Source: Octopus sinensis
Taxonomy: Eukaryota
Direction: 5' to 3'
DNA: 64,000 nucleotides
Assembly: GCF_006345805.1 (NCBI RefSeq)
Contig: NC_043000.1
Location: 139,624,001 to 139,688,000 of the forward strand
In this document: piece after piece, positions 1 through 12,527 of the stretch
How positions within the stretch are numbered: position 1 is the stretch's first letter
Layout of the letters: every line of letters starts with the position of its first letter
Translations under genes and position numbers: made by a program
Notes under the pieces: generated by a model
What the model saw: the letters and a program-made list of their open reading frames with translations, nothing else
The model's database searches: none
Told to the model about the DNA's origin: nothing

Positions 1-307
1 CTAAATTGATTAGTATTACACTTGCTAATAACGACTGTTTCTAATTTAGTCACAAACTCAACAATCTTAGTGGATGTCAGCTTCCTTTCTGATCGCATCA
101 TTCCAAGTATGTAACTGGTAAAGTATCATAGTGAACAGGAAGAATTAAAGGTAAAGTTAACTGCAATGGAATCTGAAACCCAAGAAGGTGAGAGTTGGAG
201 ATAATGCCACTAGTAATTTTGCACAAGACTTTGATGTTACTAAACTACCTTCAACAAATTTGAAATAATATATTTCCATATAATAAAATCCAATACAATT
301 CTATGAA

Positions 308-706
308 CAGGAGCGGCTGTGTGGTAAGTAGCTTGCTAACCAACCAGATGGTTCCAGGTTCAGTCCCACTGCGTGGCATCTTGGGCATGTGTCTTCTGCT
401 ATAGCCCCGGGCCGACCAATGCCTTGTGAATGGATTAGGTAGACGGAAACTGAAAGAAGCCTGTTGTATATATGTATATATATATATATATGTATGTGTG
501 TGTTTGTGTGTTTGTGTTTGTCCCCTAGCATTGCTTGACAACTGATGCTGGTGTGTTTACGTCCCCGTCACTTAGCGGTTTGGCAAAAGAGACCGATAGA
601 ATAAGTACTGGGCTTACAAAGAATAAGTCTCGGGGTCGATTTGCTCAACTAAAAGGCGGTGCTCCAGTATGGCCGCAGTCAAATGACTGAAACAAGTAAA
701 AGAGTA
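308..706 (+). mobile_element. tRNA-derived SINE family A (internal (TA)/(TG) linker), full length
   Basis: Head GGAGCGGCTGTGTGGTAAG..GGTTCAGTCCC (A/B-box-like), central microsatellite, tail ..ATGACTGAAACAAGTAAAAGAGT; five more copies in the window. Confidence 0.85.
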
Positions 707-1080
707 TATTTGTACCCAGAAAGGTTGTGTAAGTGCATATTTATAGATTTGTATGTAAAATGTATTTGTCTAAATGAACACATTTGTACAAGTATATATG
801 TGCACATGTCTCAATATAGATATTATTCTCTAGTCTTGATTCAAATTACAATGTATGTTTTCAGACACATTTCCAAATATACCAGTTTCCAGAACAAAAT
901 GGTTTAAACCATCCCACTTCTTTACAAAAATTCTAAATCCTAAAATACTGTTCACATCCCCTGTTGCTATTCTAATCTTATAAATGCCACAGGTATACAA
1001 TATGTATATGTTGTCATATACACACAAACCACACATAAACAAGCATACACATATATGTATATATGTATATATACACACAT

Positions 1081-1100
1081 ATATATATATACATATTTAT

Positions 1101-1173
<73 letters not shown>
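1081..1173. repeat. (TA)n microsatellite at the 5' junction of the RTE element
   Basis: Direct reading. Confidence 0.95.
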
Positions 1174-1177
<4 letters not shown>

Positions 1178-1900
1178 CAGATCTGGCGAGATAGTTGAAT
1201 TGCTTGAACGGAGGTGGGTTGATATTGCTGCATTCAAGAAGTGAGGTGGAGAGAGGTTCTGCTAGGTTCCTCACAGGCAAAGACAGAGGTACAAGATTTT
1301 CTGGGCTGGGAATACTGACGGAGTCGGGGGTGTGGGCATGCTTATCGCCGAAAAATGGGTAGATAAGGTAATCGAGTAGTCAGAGTAAGTGACAGAATAA
1401 TTAAGATTAGATTAGTGCTCCATCATAGTTTAGCAACTATTATATCGGCCTATGCCCCTCAGCCAGGGCTACCTGATGGACAGAAAGACTGTTTCTATGA
1501 CACCCTACTGCAGACCACATCATTGACGAACGACAGGGACCTTCTCTTTGTGGCTGGTGACTTCAATGGGCATGTTGGACGATGTGCTGGGGGCTTCCAT
1601 GGCTTGCATGGAGGCTACGGTTATGGTTCCCGCAATGAGGAGGGAACCAAGCTGCTGGAGTTCTGCGATGCGAATAGTCTTATGATTTGCAACACTAACT
1701 TCAGGAAACCGACAAGCCACCTGGTCACCTACCGATCGGGCCGGCATACTAGCCAAATCGATTACATCCTTGCCAGAAAAAGGGAAAGATGGCTGCTTAT
1801 AAATGCCAAAACCTTCCCAGGTGAAGAATGCACCCCACAACATAGACTGGTAGTTAGTGACTTTAGGATCAGGACTAAGAGGCGACTAGAAGACGACCAA
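1174..1900 (+). pseudogene. APE endonuclease region of RTE ORF (frameshifted; ORF 1415-1978 is its main piece)
   Basis: Translation TIISAYAPQPG..GDFNGHVG..RNEEGTKLLEFC..NTNF..SQIDYIL..QHRLVVSDF. Confidence 0.9.
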
Positions 1901-2544
1901 CATGGAGAAGAAGGGTCTGGAAGCTTAAAGACCCTGCGAATGGACAGAGATTTAGAGATATGTTATTTGAAGCCTTAGACGAAATGGAAGGGAGTATAGC
2001 TAACGCATGGGGTAGAAGACAACTGGACGCTTCTGAGGGACAACCTGCTGAAAGCCGCTGACCAGATCTGTGGCTGGTGCAAAGTCCCCTTAAGACCCAA
2101 AATAACGTGGTGGTGGAACAATATTGTTGACAGGGCTATTAGACAAAAGAAACAGCTTGGAAGGCCTGGAAGAACGGTGGTAGCAGGGAAGTGTATCAGT
2201 CTGCCAGAAGGGAAGCCAGGAGACAGGTCTATCTAGCCAGAGGGGAGGCAGATAAGGAAAAATTTGCCAATGTCCTGCGTCGTGAGGATGAAAGACTTGA
2301 GGTATTTCGTGTTGCAAGACAGTGTGTGAGAGAGAATCGTGACGTGGTAGGAGAGAAATGTGTTCGCAAGGATGACGGTTCACTTGCGCTTAATGAGGAT
2401 GCAAAGGAGAGGCTTGGAGACGCCACTATGATAGGTTGCTGAATGAAGAAAATGAATGGATAAAGAGAGTCTGCCGAATGTCGACCCAACAGAGGGACCA
2501 GCAATCCGAGTTAACAGTTCCTTAGTAGATAGGCAATTAGAAGC

Positions 2545-4156
2545 ATGAAAACAGGGAAAGCCCCAGGCCCATCAGGAATTACTGCAGAGATGCTCAAAAT
2601 ATCTGGTGATGTCGGCTATAGCTTAGTCACCCGTATAGTTAACCAGGTGATACACGAGGGGGTCATACCCAATGACTGGTGTAGCAGCATAATAGTCAAC
2701 TGCTACAAAGGTAAAGGTGACGCCCTAGAGACAAATAACTACAGGGGCATCAAGCTGCTGGATCAGGTAATGAAGGTTACGGAGAGGGTTAGCCCAACTA
2801 TTAGAGAGAGAGTTAGCTTAGATGATATGCAGTTTGGGTTCGTGCCAGGGAAAAGTACTGCTGATGCTATATTCCTGGTAAGACAGCTGCAGGAGAAATA
2901 CCTACCAAAGATAAGCCCTTGTACCTGGCTTTTGTTGACTTGGAGAAAGCCTTTGACAGGGTCCCCCGATCCCTTATCTGGTGGTCAATGAGGAAACTAG
3001 GGATAGAAGAATGGTTGGTGAGAGCTGTGCAGCCATGTACAGAGACGCTGCTAGTAAGGTGAGGGTTGGCAACGAGTACAGTGAAGAATTCCGGGTAGAG
3101 GTTGGGGTCCACCAAGGTTCAGTCCTCAGTCCCCTCCTATTTATCATAGTCCTCCAGGCAATAACGGAGGAATTCAAGACAGGTTGCCCCTGGGAGCTCC
3201 TCTATGCTGATGACCTCGCTCTAATTGCTGAGTCACTATCAGAACTGGAGGAGAAGTTTCAGGTGTGGAAACAAGGATTAGAATCGAAGGGCCTTAGAAT
3301 CAACCTAGCCAAAACCAAAGTCCTAATAAGTAGGAAGGTAGATCAATCACAAACGCCTTCAGGTAGATGGCCCTGCTCGATCTGTAAAAAAGGTGTAGGT
3401 AGAAACTCTATAAGATGCACCAAGTGTAAGCTATGGACACATAAGAGGTGCAGCAATGTCAAAGGAAGGCTAACTAGGAAAATAGTTTTTGTCTGTGGCA
3501 AATGCTCAGGAGCAATAAACACTGGAAATGTGCAGAGACCAACTTCTGCCACGTTCCAGGGAGACAAACTAGAAGTAGTTGATAGCTTCCGCTACCTAGG
3601 AGACCAAGTCAGTAGCGGGGGTGGGTGTGCTGAAAGTGTAACTGCTAGAGTAAGAATAGCCTGGGCAAAGTTTAGAGAGCTCTTACCCCTGCTGGTGACA
3701 AAAGGCCTCTCGCTCAGAGTAAAAGGCAGACTGTATGATGCATGTGTACGTACAGCCATGCTACATGGTAGTGAAACATGGGCCATGACTGCTGAGGATA
3801 TGCGTAAGCTCGCAAGAAATGAAGCCAGTATGCTCCGATGGATGTGTAATGTCAGTGTTCATAATCGTCAGAGTGTAAGTTCCTTGAGAGAAAAGTTGAA
3901 CCTAAGAAGCGTCAGTTGTGGTGTGCAAGAGAGACGGCTGCGCTGGTATGGTCATGTGACGAGAAAGGCTGAAGATAGTTGTGTGCAAAAGTGCTACACC
4001 CTAGCAGTTGAGGGAACCTGTGGAAGAGGTAGACCCAGGAAAACCTGGGACGAGGTGGTGAAGCACGACCTTCGAACTTTAGGTCTCACTAATGAAATGT
4101 CTAGAGACCGAGACCTATGGAAGTATGCTGTGCGTGAGAAGACCCGGCAAGACTAG
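2545..4156 (+). pseudogene. Reverse transcriptase and C-terminal region of RTE ORF (two frameshifted pieces: 2545-2991 and 2981-4156)
   Basis: MKTGKAPGPSGI, NYRGIKLL, QFGFVPGKST, GVHQGSVLSP, LLYADDL, DSFRYLGD, GRGRPRKTW; C4HC3 finger at 3374-3505. Confidence 0.92.
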
Positions 4157-5955
4157 TGAAGCCATAACCCGTGGCCCCTACCTGGGACGTAGTCAGTCCT
4201 CCTGTGCATACCTTCCTTCTTGTGACACTTATGAAGACCTGTTGAGGCAAGTGAAAATCAAATCAAAACAAATCAAAATAGATGAACATCAGTGGAATCG
4301 TATTCTTTGTGGTACCAGTGCCGGTGGCACACAAGAAAACCACCCAAACGTGGCCGTAGCCAGTACCGCATCGACTGGCCTCCATGCTGTGGGCACAACA
4401 AACACCATCCGATCGTGGCCGTTCGCCAGCCTCATCTGGCACCTGTGTCGGTGGCACATAAAGACACCATCCGAAGACCCGGCGACGTAGTCAGTCCACC
4501 TGTGCATACCTTCCCTCTTATGACACTTGTGAAGACCTGTTGAGGCAAGTGTGTGACACTTGTGAAGACCTGTTGAGGCAGAGGCAAGTGTGTGACACTT
4601 GTGGAGACCTGTTGAGGCAAGTGTGTGACACTTGTGGAGACCTGTTGAGGCAAGTGTGTGACACTTGTGAAGACCTGTTGTGGCAAGTGAAAATCAAATC
4701 AAACCAAATCAAAATAGATGAACATCAATGGAATTTGTATCTTTGTGGTTCCAGTACCGGTGGCACACAAGAAAACCATCCGAACGTGGCCGTAGCCAGT
4801 ACCGCATCGACTGGCCTCCGTGCTGTGGGCACAACAAACACCATCTGATCGTGGCAGTTCGCCAGCCTCATCTGGCACCTGTGTCGGTGGCACATAAAAA
4901 CACCATCCGAAGACCCGGCGACGTAGTCAGTCCACCTGTGCATACCTTCCTACTTATGACACTTGTGAAGACCTGTTGAGGCAAGTGTGTGACACTTGTG
5001 TAGACCTGTTGAGGCAAGTGAAAATCAAATCAAATCAAATCAAACCAAATCAAAATAGATGAACATCAATGGAATTTGTATCTTGTGTGGTACCAGTACC
5101 GGTGGCACACAAGAAAACCATCCGAACGTGGCCGTAGCCAGTACCGCATCGACTGGCCTCTGTGATGTGGGCACATAACAAACACCATCCGATCGTGGCC
5201 GTTCGCCAGCCTCATCTGGCACCTGTGTCGGTGGCACATAAAAACACCAACCGAAGACCCGGCAAGACTAGTCAGGCCATAACCAGTGGCCCCTACTTGG
5301 GACGTAGTCAGTCCACCTGTGCATACCTTCCTTCCTTCTTGTGACACTTGTGAAGACCTGTGAAGACCTGTGAAGACCTGTTGAGGCAAGTGAAAATCAA
5401 ATCAAATCAAATCAAATCAAAATAGATGAACATCAATGGAATTTGTATCTTGTGGTACCAGTGCCGGTGACACACAAGAAAACCATCCGAACGTGGCCGT
5501 AGCCAGTACCGCATCGACTGGCCTCCGTGCTGTGGGCACGTAACAAACACCATCCGATCATGGCCGTTCGCCAGCCTCATCTGGCACCTGTGTCGGTGGC
5601 ACATAAAAACACCATCCGAAGACCCGGCAAGACTAGTCAGGCCATAACCCGTGGCCCCTACCTGGGACGTAGTCAGTCCACCTGTGCATACCTTCCTTCT
5701 TGTGACACTTGTGAAGACCTGTTGACGCAAGTGAAAATCAAATCAAAACAAATCAAAATAGATGAACATCAATGGAATTTGTATCTTTGTGGTACCAGTG
5801 CCGGTGGCACACAAGAAAATCATCCGAACGTGGCCGTAGCCAGTACCGCATAGACTGGCCTCCGTGCTTTGGGGACGTAACAAACACCATCCGATCGTGG
5901 CCGTCCGCCAGCCTCATCTGGCACCTGTGTCGGTGGCACATAAAAACACCATCCG
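4138..5955 (+). repeat. Five-unit tandem array in RTE 3'UTR (units start at 4138, 4473, 4909, 5253, 5618)
   Basis: Recurrent anchor GAAGACCCGGC and shared unit sequence; 28-bp sub-repeat expanded in unit 2. Confidence 0.92.
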
Positions 5956-6300
5956 AGCGTGGCCGTCTGCCAGCCTCGTCTGGCACCTGTGTCGGTGGCA
6001 CATAAAATCACCCACTACACTCTCGGAGTGGTTGGCGTTAGGAAGGGCATCCAGCTGTAGAAACACTGCCAGATCTGACTGGCCTGGTGCAGCCTTCGGG
6101 CTCCCCAGACCCCAGTTGAACCGTCCAACCCATGCTAGCATGGAAAACGGACGCTAAATGATGATGATGATGATGATGATACAATAAAAGCAATGAAGAT
6201 TCAAGTCAATTCTAATGAATTTACTTGAATGCGGCACTTAACTTAGATGCACCAGAAAACTATATGGTGTTAACCATACAGTAATGTGGGGTGATTATAA

Positions 6301-6952
6301 ACGAGAAAGAAGCAACAAGAATGGATTAGTTTTTAGTACAATTGTTTCATACAAAGACAGGCTTTATTAAAAATTGCAAATATTGCAACAGATAAAAGTG
6401 TCTCATACTCATCAGCTAAAACACATATGAGTTCTCCAAACATCTTAGTGGGTGAGGCTACACTCATGAAGTATTGGAGATAATTTCATTAAAAGCAGAT
6501 TTAGGTTGTAAACAGACTTCCGAAGTTCTTTAATGATGATGCACAGTCTTATTACAGGTTTTTAAAAAAAGCTTATTAGCTTCACAGAGAAGGTGAATTA
6601 ATCCGTAGTGTAGATGTAAAATTCCAGAGATATGAGGAGGAATTTCATACTCACAGACGATGAATTTATCCATGGTTAATCCACAATGAGGTGGGTATAA
6701 TTTCATGCTATATGATAAGGTATTTGTCACATTACTGTTCTCTTCACAAGACTGCTATGTTATGACTTCTAAAGGCTGAAGGAATTTTTGTGAAGCAAAG
6801 AAAAGAAAAAAAAAAAGAAGAACTCATATGTGTTTTAGCTGATGAGTACGGGACACTTTTATCTGCTGCAATATTTGCAACTTTTAATAAAGCCTGTCTT
6901 TGTATGAAACAATTGTACTAAAAACTAATCCATTCTTGTTGCTTCTTTCTCG

Positions 6953-6953
<1 letters not shown>
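6301..6953. mobile_element. MITE with ~135-bp TIRs (Tc1/mariner-like, TA flanks), copy 1
   Basis: 6301-6435 is the reverse complement of 6819-6953 (ACGAGAAAGAAGCAACAAG..); no transposase. Confidence 0.75.
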
Positions 6954-6986
<33 letters not shown>

Positions 6987-7110
6987 ATATACAATAAAAG
7001 CAATGAAGATTCAAGTCAATTCTAATGAATTTACTTGAATGCGGTACTTAACTTAGATGCACCAGAAAACTATATGGTGTTAACCATACAGTAATGTGGG
7101 GTGATTATAA

Positions 7111-7766
7111 ACGAGAAAGAAGCAACAAGAATGGATTAGTTTTTAGTACAATTGTTTCATACAAAGACAGGCTTTATTAAAAATTGCAAATATTGCAGCA
7201 GATAAAAGTGTCTCGTACTCATCAGCTAAAACACATATGAGTTCTCCAAACATCTTAGTGGGTGAGGCTACACTCATGAAGTATTGGAGATAATTTCATT
7301 AAAAGCAGATTTAGGTTGTAAACAGACTTCCGAAGTTCTTTAATGATGATGCACAGTCTTATCACAGGTTTTTAAAAAAAGCTTATTAGCTTCACAGAGA
7401 AGGTGAATTAATCCGTAGTGTAGATGTAAAATTCCAGAGATATGAGGAGGAATTTCATACTCACAGACGATGAATTTATCCATGGTTAATCCACAATGAG
7501 GTGGGTATAATTTCATGCTATATGATAAGGTATTTGTCACATTACTGTTCTCTTCACAAGACTGCTATGTTATGACTTCTAAAGGCTGAAGGAATTTTTG
7601 TGAAGCAAGAAAAGAAAAAAAAAAAAAAAAGAAGAACTCATATGTGTTTTAGCTGATGAGTACGGGACACTTTTATCTGCTGCAATATTTGCAACTTTTA
7701 ATAAAGCCTGTCTTTGTATGAAACAATTGTACTAAAAACTAATCCATTCTTGTTGCTTCTTTCTCG

Positions 7767-7767
<1 letters not shown>
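7111..7767. mobile_element. Same long-TIR MITE, copy 2 (inside the duplication)
   Basis: Same TIR structure as copy 1. Confidence 0.75.
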
Positions 7768-7798
<31 letters not shown>

Positions 7799-7876
7799 AT
7801 ATATATATACCGGAGTAAACACATAAATGTGAAACAAGGTGGAAAAAAGAGTACTCAAATACCAGTGGTAGAGTAA

Positions 7877-8018
7877 TATGCTTTATTCAAAGCAGCAGAA
7901 AATTCAACAAAACCTGTTACTCTGAGTATCACATTCCCGTTTGTCGGACAGTTTTTGCTAGCAAAAACTGTCCGACGAACGGGAACGTGAATTGTCTGCT
8001 GCTTTTGAATAAAGTATA
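7877..8018. repeat. Spacerless fold-back palindrome
   Basis: 30-bp inner arms centred on GCT|AGC (7959/7960) plus ~30-bp outer arms. Confidence 0.85.
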
Positions 8019-8299
8019 TATATATATACATACATGCATTAGAACACGTGGCAACATGAACACTCATTTCAGCATGAGTTGAAGATGAACTACGGTAAGA
8101 ATTCTTCCCTTTTTGTACACAAACACCCTAATGCATTCAATATGAATAAAAGGCACAAACAAGATAGATATTCCTTTGATTAGACCATTAGGAGTAGAAA
8201 TAACAGATCATTTTCAAGATCTCAACAGAGATTACCTACAAGAGCCTGAGCAAAAAAAAAAACATCTGGAAATAAACCTAGATTATTCCTCCAGGTTGT

Positions 8300-9510
8300 T
8301 CAAACCAATACTAACAAGTAATTGAAAAATAATATACATAATACCAAAAATAGGATAGAAAACATAATGAAACCAAATAAATTTCCACAACCAAAATGCA
8401 AAGTCCATCAAGCAAACATCAACTGGAACATAAAACATATACAGGAAAAAATTTCATTTTTTAATGGCAGGACAACAATTGCCAAAGAAAGAAAAAGTTC
8501 AAGTGGAAACATACCCAAAACAACTGAACGTATAGATCCTAAAATAATTAATTTATCCAAAAGAGATCTTGACAATGATGAAATCCAACTTCTTTCAAAA
8601 GGAGTGAAATTTACACCTTTACCAATAGTTAACCACCAAGAACTAATTTACTGTAAATTACTACAATATTATTGTAATAGTTAACCACCAAAAACTAATT
8701 GACAGTCAATTCTGTTGTAAATTACAACTTGTAGAATTCTTCACTAATAAAAGTAATGAGATTGATGACATCCTAGTCAACAATAAATCAAATTTCACCC
8801 CACCAAAATGAAGAAATAACTATTTTGGCCAATACATTGATATCCTGCCAAAATTTCCCCTTCGATACATTACTAATATTAGGCCAAACGTTAGCAAATC
8901 CAAGATGTCTGCACTTTAATGTTTACAAAATGATCAAACAATAATAATTAAACAAGCAGATAAAGAGGGTGTAATTGTTATTATGGATGCAGAATACTAC
9001 AAGGATTCAGATGAAGACCGACTGAAGGACACAAACTTCTATTGAAAAGCACCTTCAAATATAGACCACCACATCATGGAGAAGATCAACAACCTACTTT
9101 CAAAACACTACAACTCACTAACCAATCAGGAATTTTGAGCCAAAACCCAGCAACTTCTATGGCTTACCAGAAACACATAAGTGAAAAGATATGCAGCCTG
9201 CAGTAAAAGAATAAGAAAGTGAGTACATAAAATTACTACGTCCAAATGACTGAAGACTTAGATCTATTATAGTTGGTACAGCATGACTTACCCAATGTCT
9301 AAGCAATTTATTGACATTGTTTTGAAATCACTATGTACCTACATAACTAGTTTCATCTGGGATATTGACTTCTTGTCCCTCTTCCCAAAACACCTGAAAC
9401 AAATTCACTTATACTTAATTTTTTTTGTGGTAAGCCTTTACACCAATATTCCATGTGATTTAGGAATAAAGGTGATTAAATACTGGATAAGGATATCCAA
9501 TATACTGCTG
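8300..9510 (+). mobile_element. Degenerate Penelope-like element (N-terminal and RT region)
   Basis: IINLSKRDLDNDEIQLLSKGVKFTP; NDQTIIIKQADKEGVIVIMD; FYGLPETHK; VVSLYTNIP; many stops and frameshifts. Confidence 0.8.
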
Positions 9511-9715
9511 GTAGAATACGCAGTTATTAATACACAAGTGTTTTTTCATTGCATGGCAATTACACTACTGAATGTAATAAATGGGTGAGGGTAAAATGTT
9601 CTTTTACCCTTAACTTATATGGCAATAAGAAAATGGAGAGGATCAAGAGGTGGTATTCATCAACTTTTAGACATTATATTGTCTATTTTTTAAAACAACA
9701 ATTATAACAATATAG

Positions 9716-9982
9716 AATGGTTGTATACTGTCAATTTAACGTGACAGTAGGAGATTACACCACCGCTGTTTTTAGCCCTAGGAAGCATCGACACTTCCTG
9801 ACGGCTTCAATACATTTTTTTTCCTATGTCCTTATATATTTACGAATATATAAGGACGTAAATATATAAGGACACAGGAAAAAAATGTGTCAAAGCCGTC
9901 AGGAAGCATTGATGCTTCCTAGGGCTAAACAGCGGTGGTGTAATCCCCTACTGTCACGTTAAATTGACAGTATACAACCATT
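9716..9982. repeat. Long fold-back palindrome (~128-bp arms, 12-nt spacer)
   Basis: 9716-9844 is the reverse complement of 9857-9982. Confidence 0.9.
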
Positions 9983-10526
9983 ATATCGCCCCACCACCGT
10001 ACATATCTCTATGAGATATTTAGAAATTTAATATTTCTTATAACAATATACATACATGTATAACATTATGCTTTACATATATAAAAATTCCAGTAATTAT
10101 TAAAATCTATAACGTAGAACATAGAAAGTAGAATAGTTTCTTACAGCTGTTTTAGCCAAGAGGTCATAGTACCCCACTTTAGTTCCATCCCTTCAATGAA
10201 CTGAAGTAGTTGGTAGATAAGATTAAGGTACTTGGGTATGCTTCTGGGCTTTGTCATAGAGTTTAGAAAGTTCATAAGGTTAAGTTATAAATATAAATAC
10301 ATACATATATACACACTTTTACATATACATATATACACATAAATACATATCTATACATTTATATATATATATGTGTATGCATACAAAGGAGTCAATTATT
10401 ACTGTTATAAATTAACCCTTATAATAAAAATAATGACAGTATTCTAATTATTTTTTAAATGCAAATTTTGTTCAAACTTAGAAATTTTGGTTGCATCTAA
10501 AAGTAACAAAGGATTAATAACAGCAT

Positions 10527-10696
10527 TATCATCATCATCATCGTTTAACACCTGCTTTCCATGCTAGCATGGGTTGGACGATTTGACTGAGGGCTGGTGA
10601 ACCAGATGACTGCACAACGCTCCAAACTTGATGTGGCAGAGTTTCTACAGCTGGATGACCTTCCTGATGCCAACCCCTCCGAGAGTGTAGTGTAGC
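10527..10696 (-). mobile_element. 5'-truncated RTE 3'-tail copy
   Basis: Matches the reverse complement of ~6020-6180 including the (ATG)n tail. Confidence 0.8.
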
Positions 10697-12139
10697 ATAT
10701 TTGTTACAAATAAATAGATTTTTAAACAATTCTTATTAGAAAATGATGTTATATTCTCTCATCAAACAATTCAAAATTAGTTTTTGAATGAGTGGAATAT
10801 TTCATTTTGATCTGTTTTTGATATGCACATTATGTACATATTTTAATACATGAACAGAATAATAAAATCTAATATAACATCACAAAAAAATCATAACGTA
10901 TTTTTAATGCCTAACATTTTTAGATGGGGTTTTCTCCAAAGCTTTCATCTCAATGAACTCTTTCATTTGAGTTCCTATAATATTATTTTTCTCTTAAAAA
11001 GACAAAAGTATTTTGATTTCTTAAAATTATCACCTTTTATTGTCACTTAAAGCCATACAATTTTTTTTGTAGCTAATGTATCTTGACAAGGTGCTCATCC
11101 TCAGATTCTTCTTATAGAGCTCTTTCATATGAAGTAAATATCAAATGCAGAATAGCTGTAAGAACAGCATAGCATTTTAGCTAAATAACCCTAGAAAATG
11201 GGAAGAGGGGGATGACCAGCTAGCTCCTACAAAGTATCGAACTCATGCCTCCCAATTTCTGACCAGGCACTCTGTACCATTTGAGTAAGTGATCTAGAAT
11301 ACCAGATGCTGTCATTTATAATGCTAAATATGTTAAAATGATAAAGAATATTTTGATTTTTTAAAATGATAACTTTTATATCACTTAAAGACATACCAGA
11401 TGTTGCCTTTTATATCTACCATCATTGTGAAAATAAACAACCACATCATTGAAATCTTGAGACTACAAAACAATGCTTGTTTAATTCAAAGCAATGTGAA
11501 TAAATAAGTATTACACTTGTCAGGGTAATCTAAATGTTACAGAATTAAGTGTGCTGCATGCTCTTGAGGGACTATATAGACTTACTTATACTATAGCTAC
11601 TAAAATAGAAACACACACACCCGTGCACACATTTATCTCATCAAAATTCTTGATGGGCAAATATACATAGATACATACATACATACATACATATAATTAA
11701 ATTAGGTAGCTGTTTAGTAATGTATCACCAAAAAGGAAAACTACAATTGTCATTAAATACGACAGAGGGTGTTAGAACACCTAAAATGCTAGAGATAAGA
11801 GCTAAAGTGCTCTGATTCTAGAAGGGCAGTAACTCCTCCATATGTAAGCCAACAAAGATATTGCTAACATATTCAATTCATACCAACAGGGAAAGTGGAT
11901 ATAAAATAATGATGATGACATCACTGATGACAATGAGGAGGAAAGAGAGGATAATACACATGCATATGTCTGAGTGCATGTGCTGCTACTGAGTCTACAT
12001 CTAAGAACCTCGTCTGTTATATCTAACCACATCAAGAATATGAAACAAACCCTTACACCTTCAAATGGAGTGCAAACTATCAGAAATGTGCATTGCTTGT
12101 TAAGTGTAGGCATTGGATGAAAGATTATATAGATAGGTG

Positions 12140-12527
12140 CAGGAGTGGCTGTGTGGTAAGTAGCTTGCTTATGAACCACATGGTTCCGCGTTAAGGCCCA
12201 CTGCGTGGCACCTTGGGTAAGTGTCTTCTACTAAAGCCTTGGGCCGACCAAAGCCTTGTGAGTGGATTTGGTAGACGGAAACTGAAAGAAGCCCGTCGTA
12301 TATATGTATATATATATGTGTGTGCGTGTTTGTTTGTCCCCCTAGCATTGCTTGACAACTGATGCTGGTGTGTTTATGTCTCCGTCACCTAGCGGTTCGG
12401 CAAAAGAGACCGATAGAATAAGTACTGGGCTGACAAGAATAAGTCCCGGGGTCGAGTTGCTCGACTAAAGGCGGTGCTCCAGCATGGCCACAGTCAAATG
12501 ACTGAAACAAGTAAAAGAGTAAAGAGT
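12140..12527 (+). mobile_element. SINE family A, full length
   Basis: Near-identical to 308-706. Confidence 0.88.

Larger units (their letters stand above)
1174..6180 (+). mobile_element. RTE-clade non-LTR retrotransposon, near full length, frameshifted, with expanded 3'UTR and (TGA)n tail
   Basis: APE motifs (SAYAP, GDFNGHVG, SQIDYIL, QHRLVV), RT motifs (YRGIKLL, QFGF, GVHQGSVLSPLLF, YADD, FRYLG, RLRWYGHV), tail AAATGATGATGAT. Confidence 0.93.
6181..7810 (+). repeat. 810-bp tandem duplication (6181-6990 and 6991-~7810)
   Basis: Both units start ACAATAAAAGCAATGAAG; about 4 substitutions plus A-run/TA-run length differences. Confidence 0.93.

Noticed and set aside
4138-5955. Repeat array as CRISPR-like
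   Set aside because: No unique spacers, units are hundreds of bp, eukaryotic context, no cas genes.
4263-6157. Numerous recurring ORFs in the RTE 3'UTR array
   Set aside because: They recur only because the DNA is tandemly repeated; frames are inconsistent between units and no domain is recognisable.
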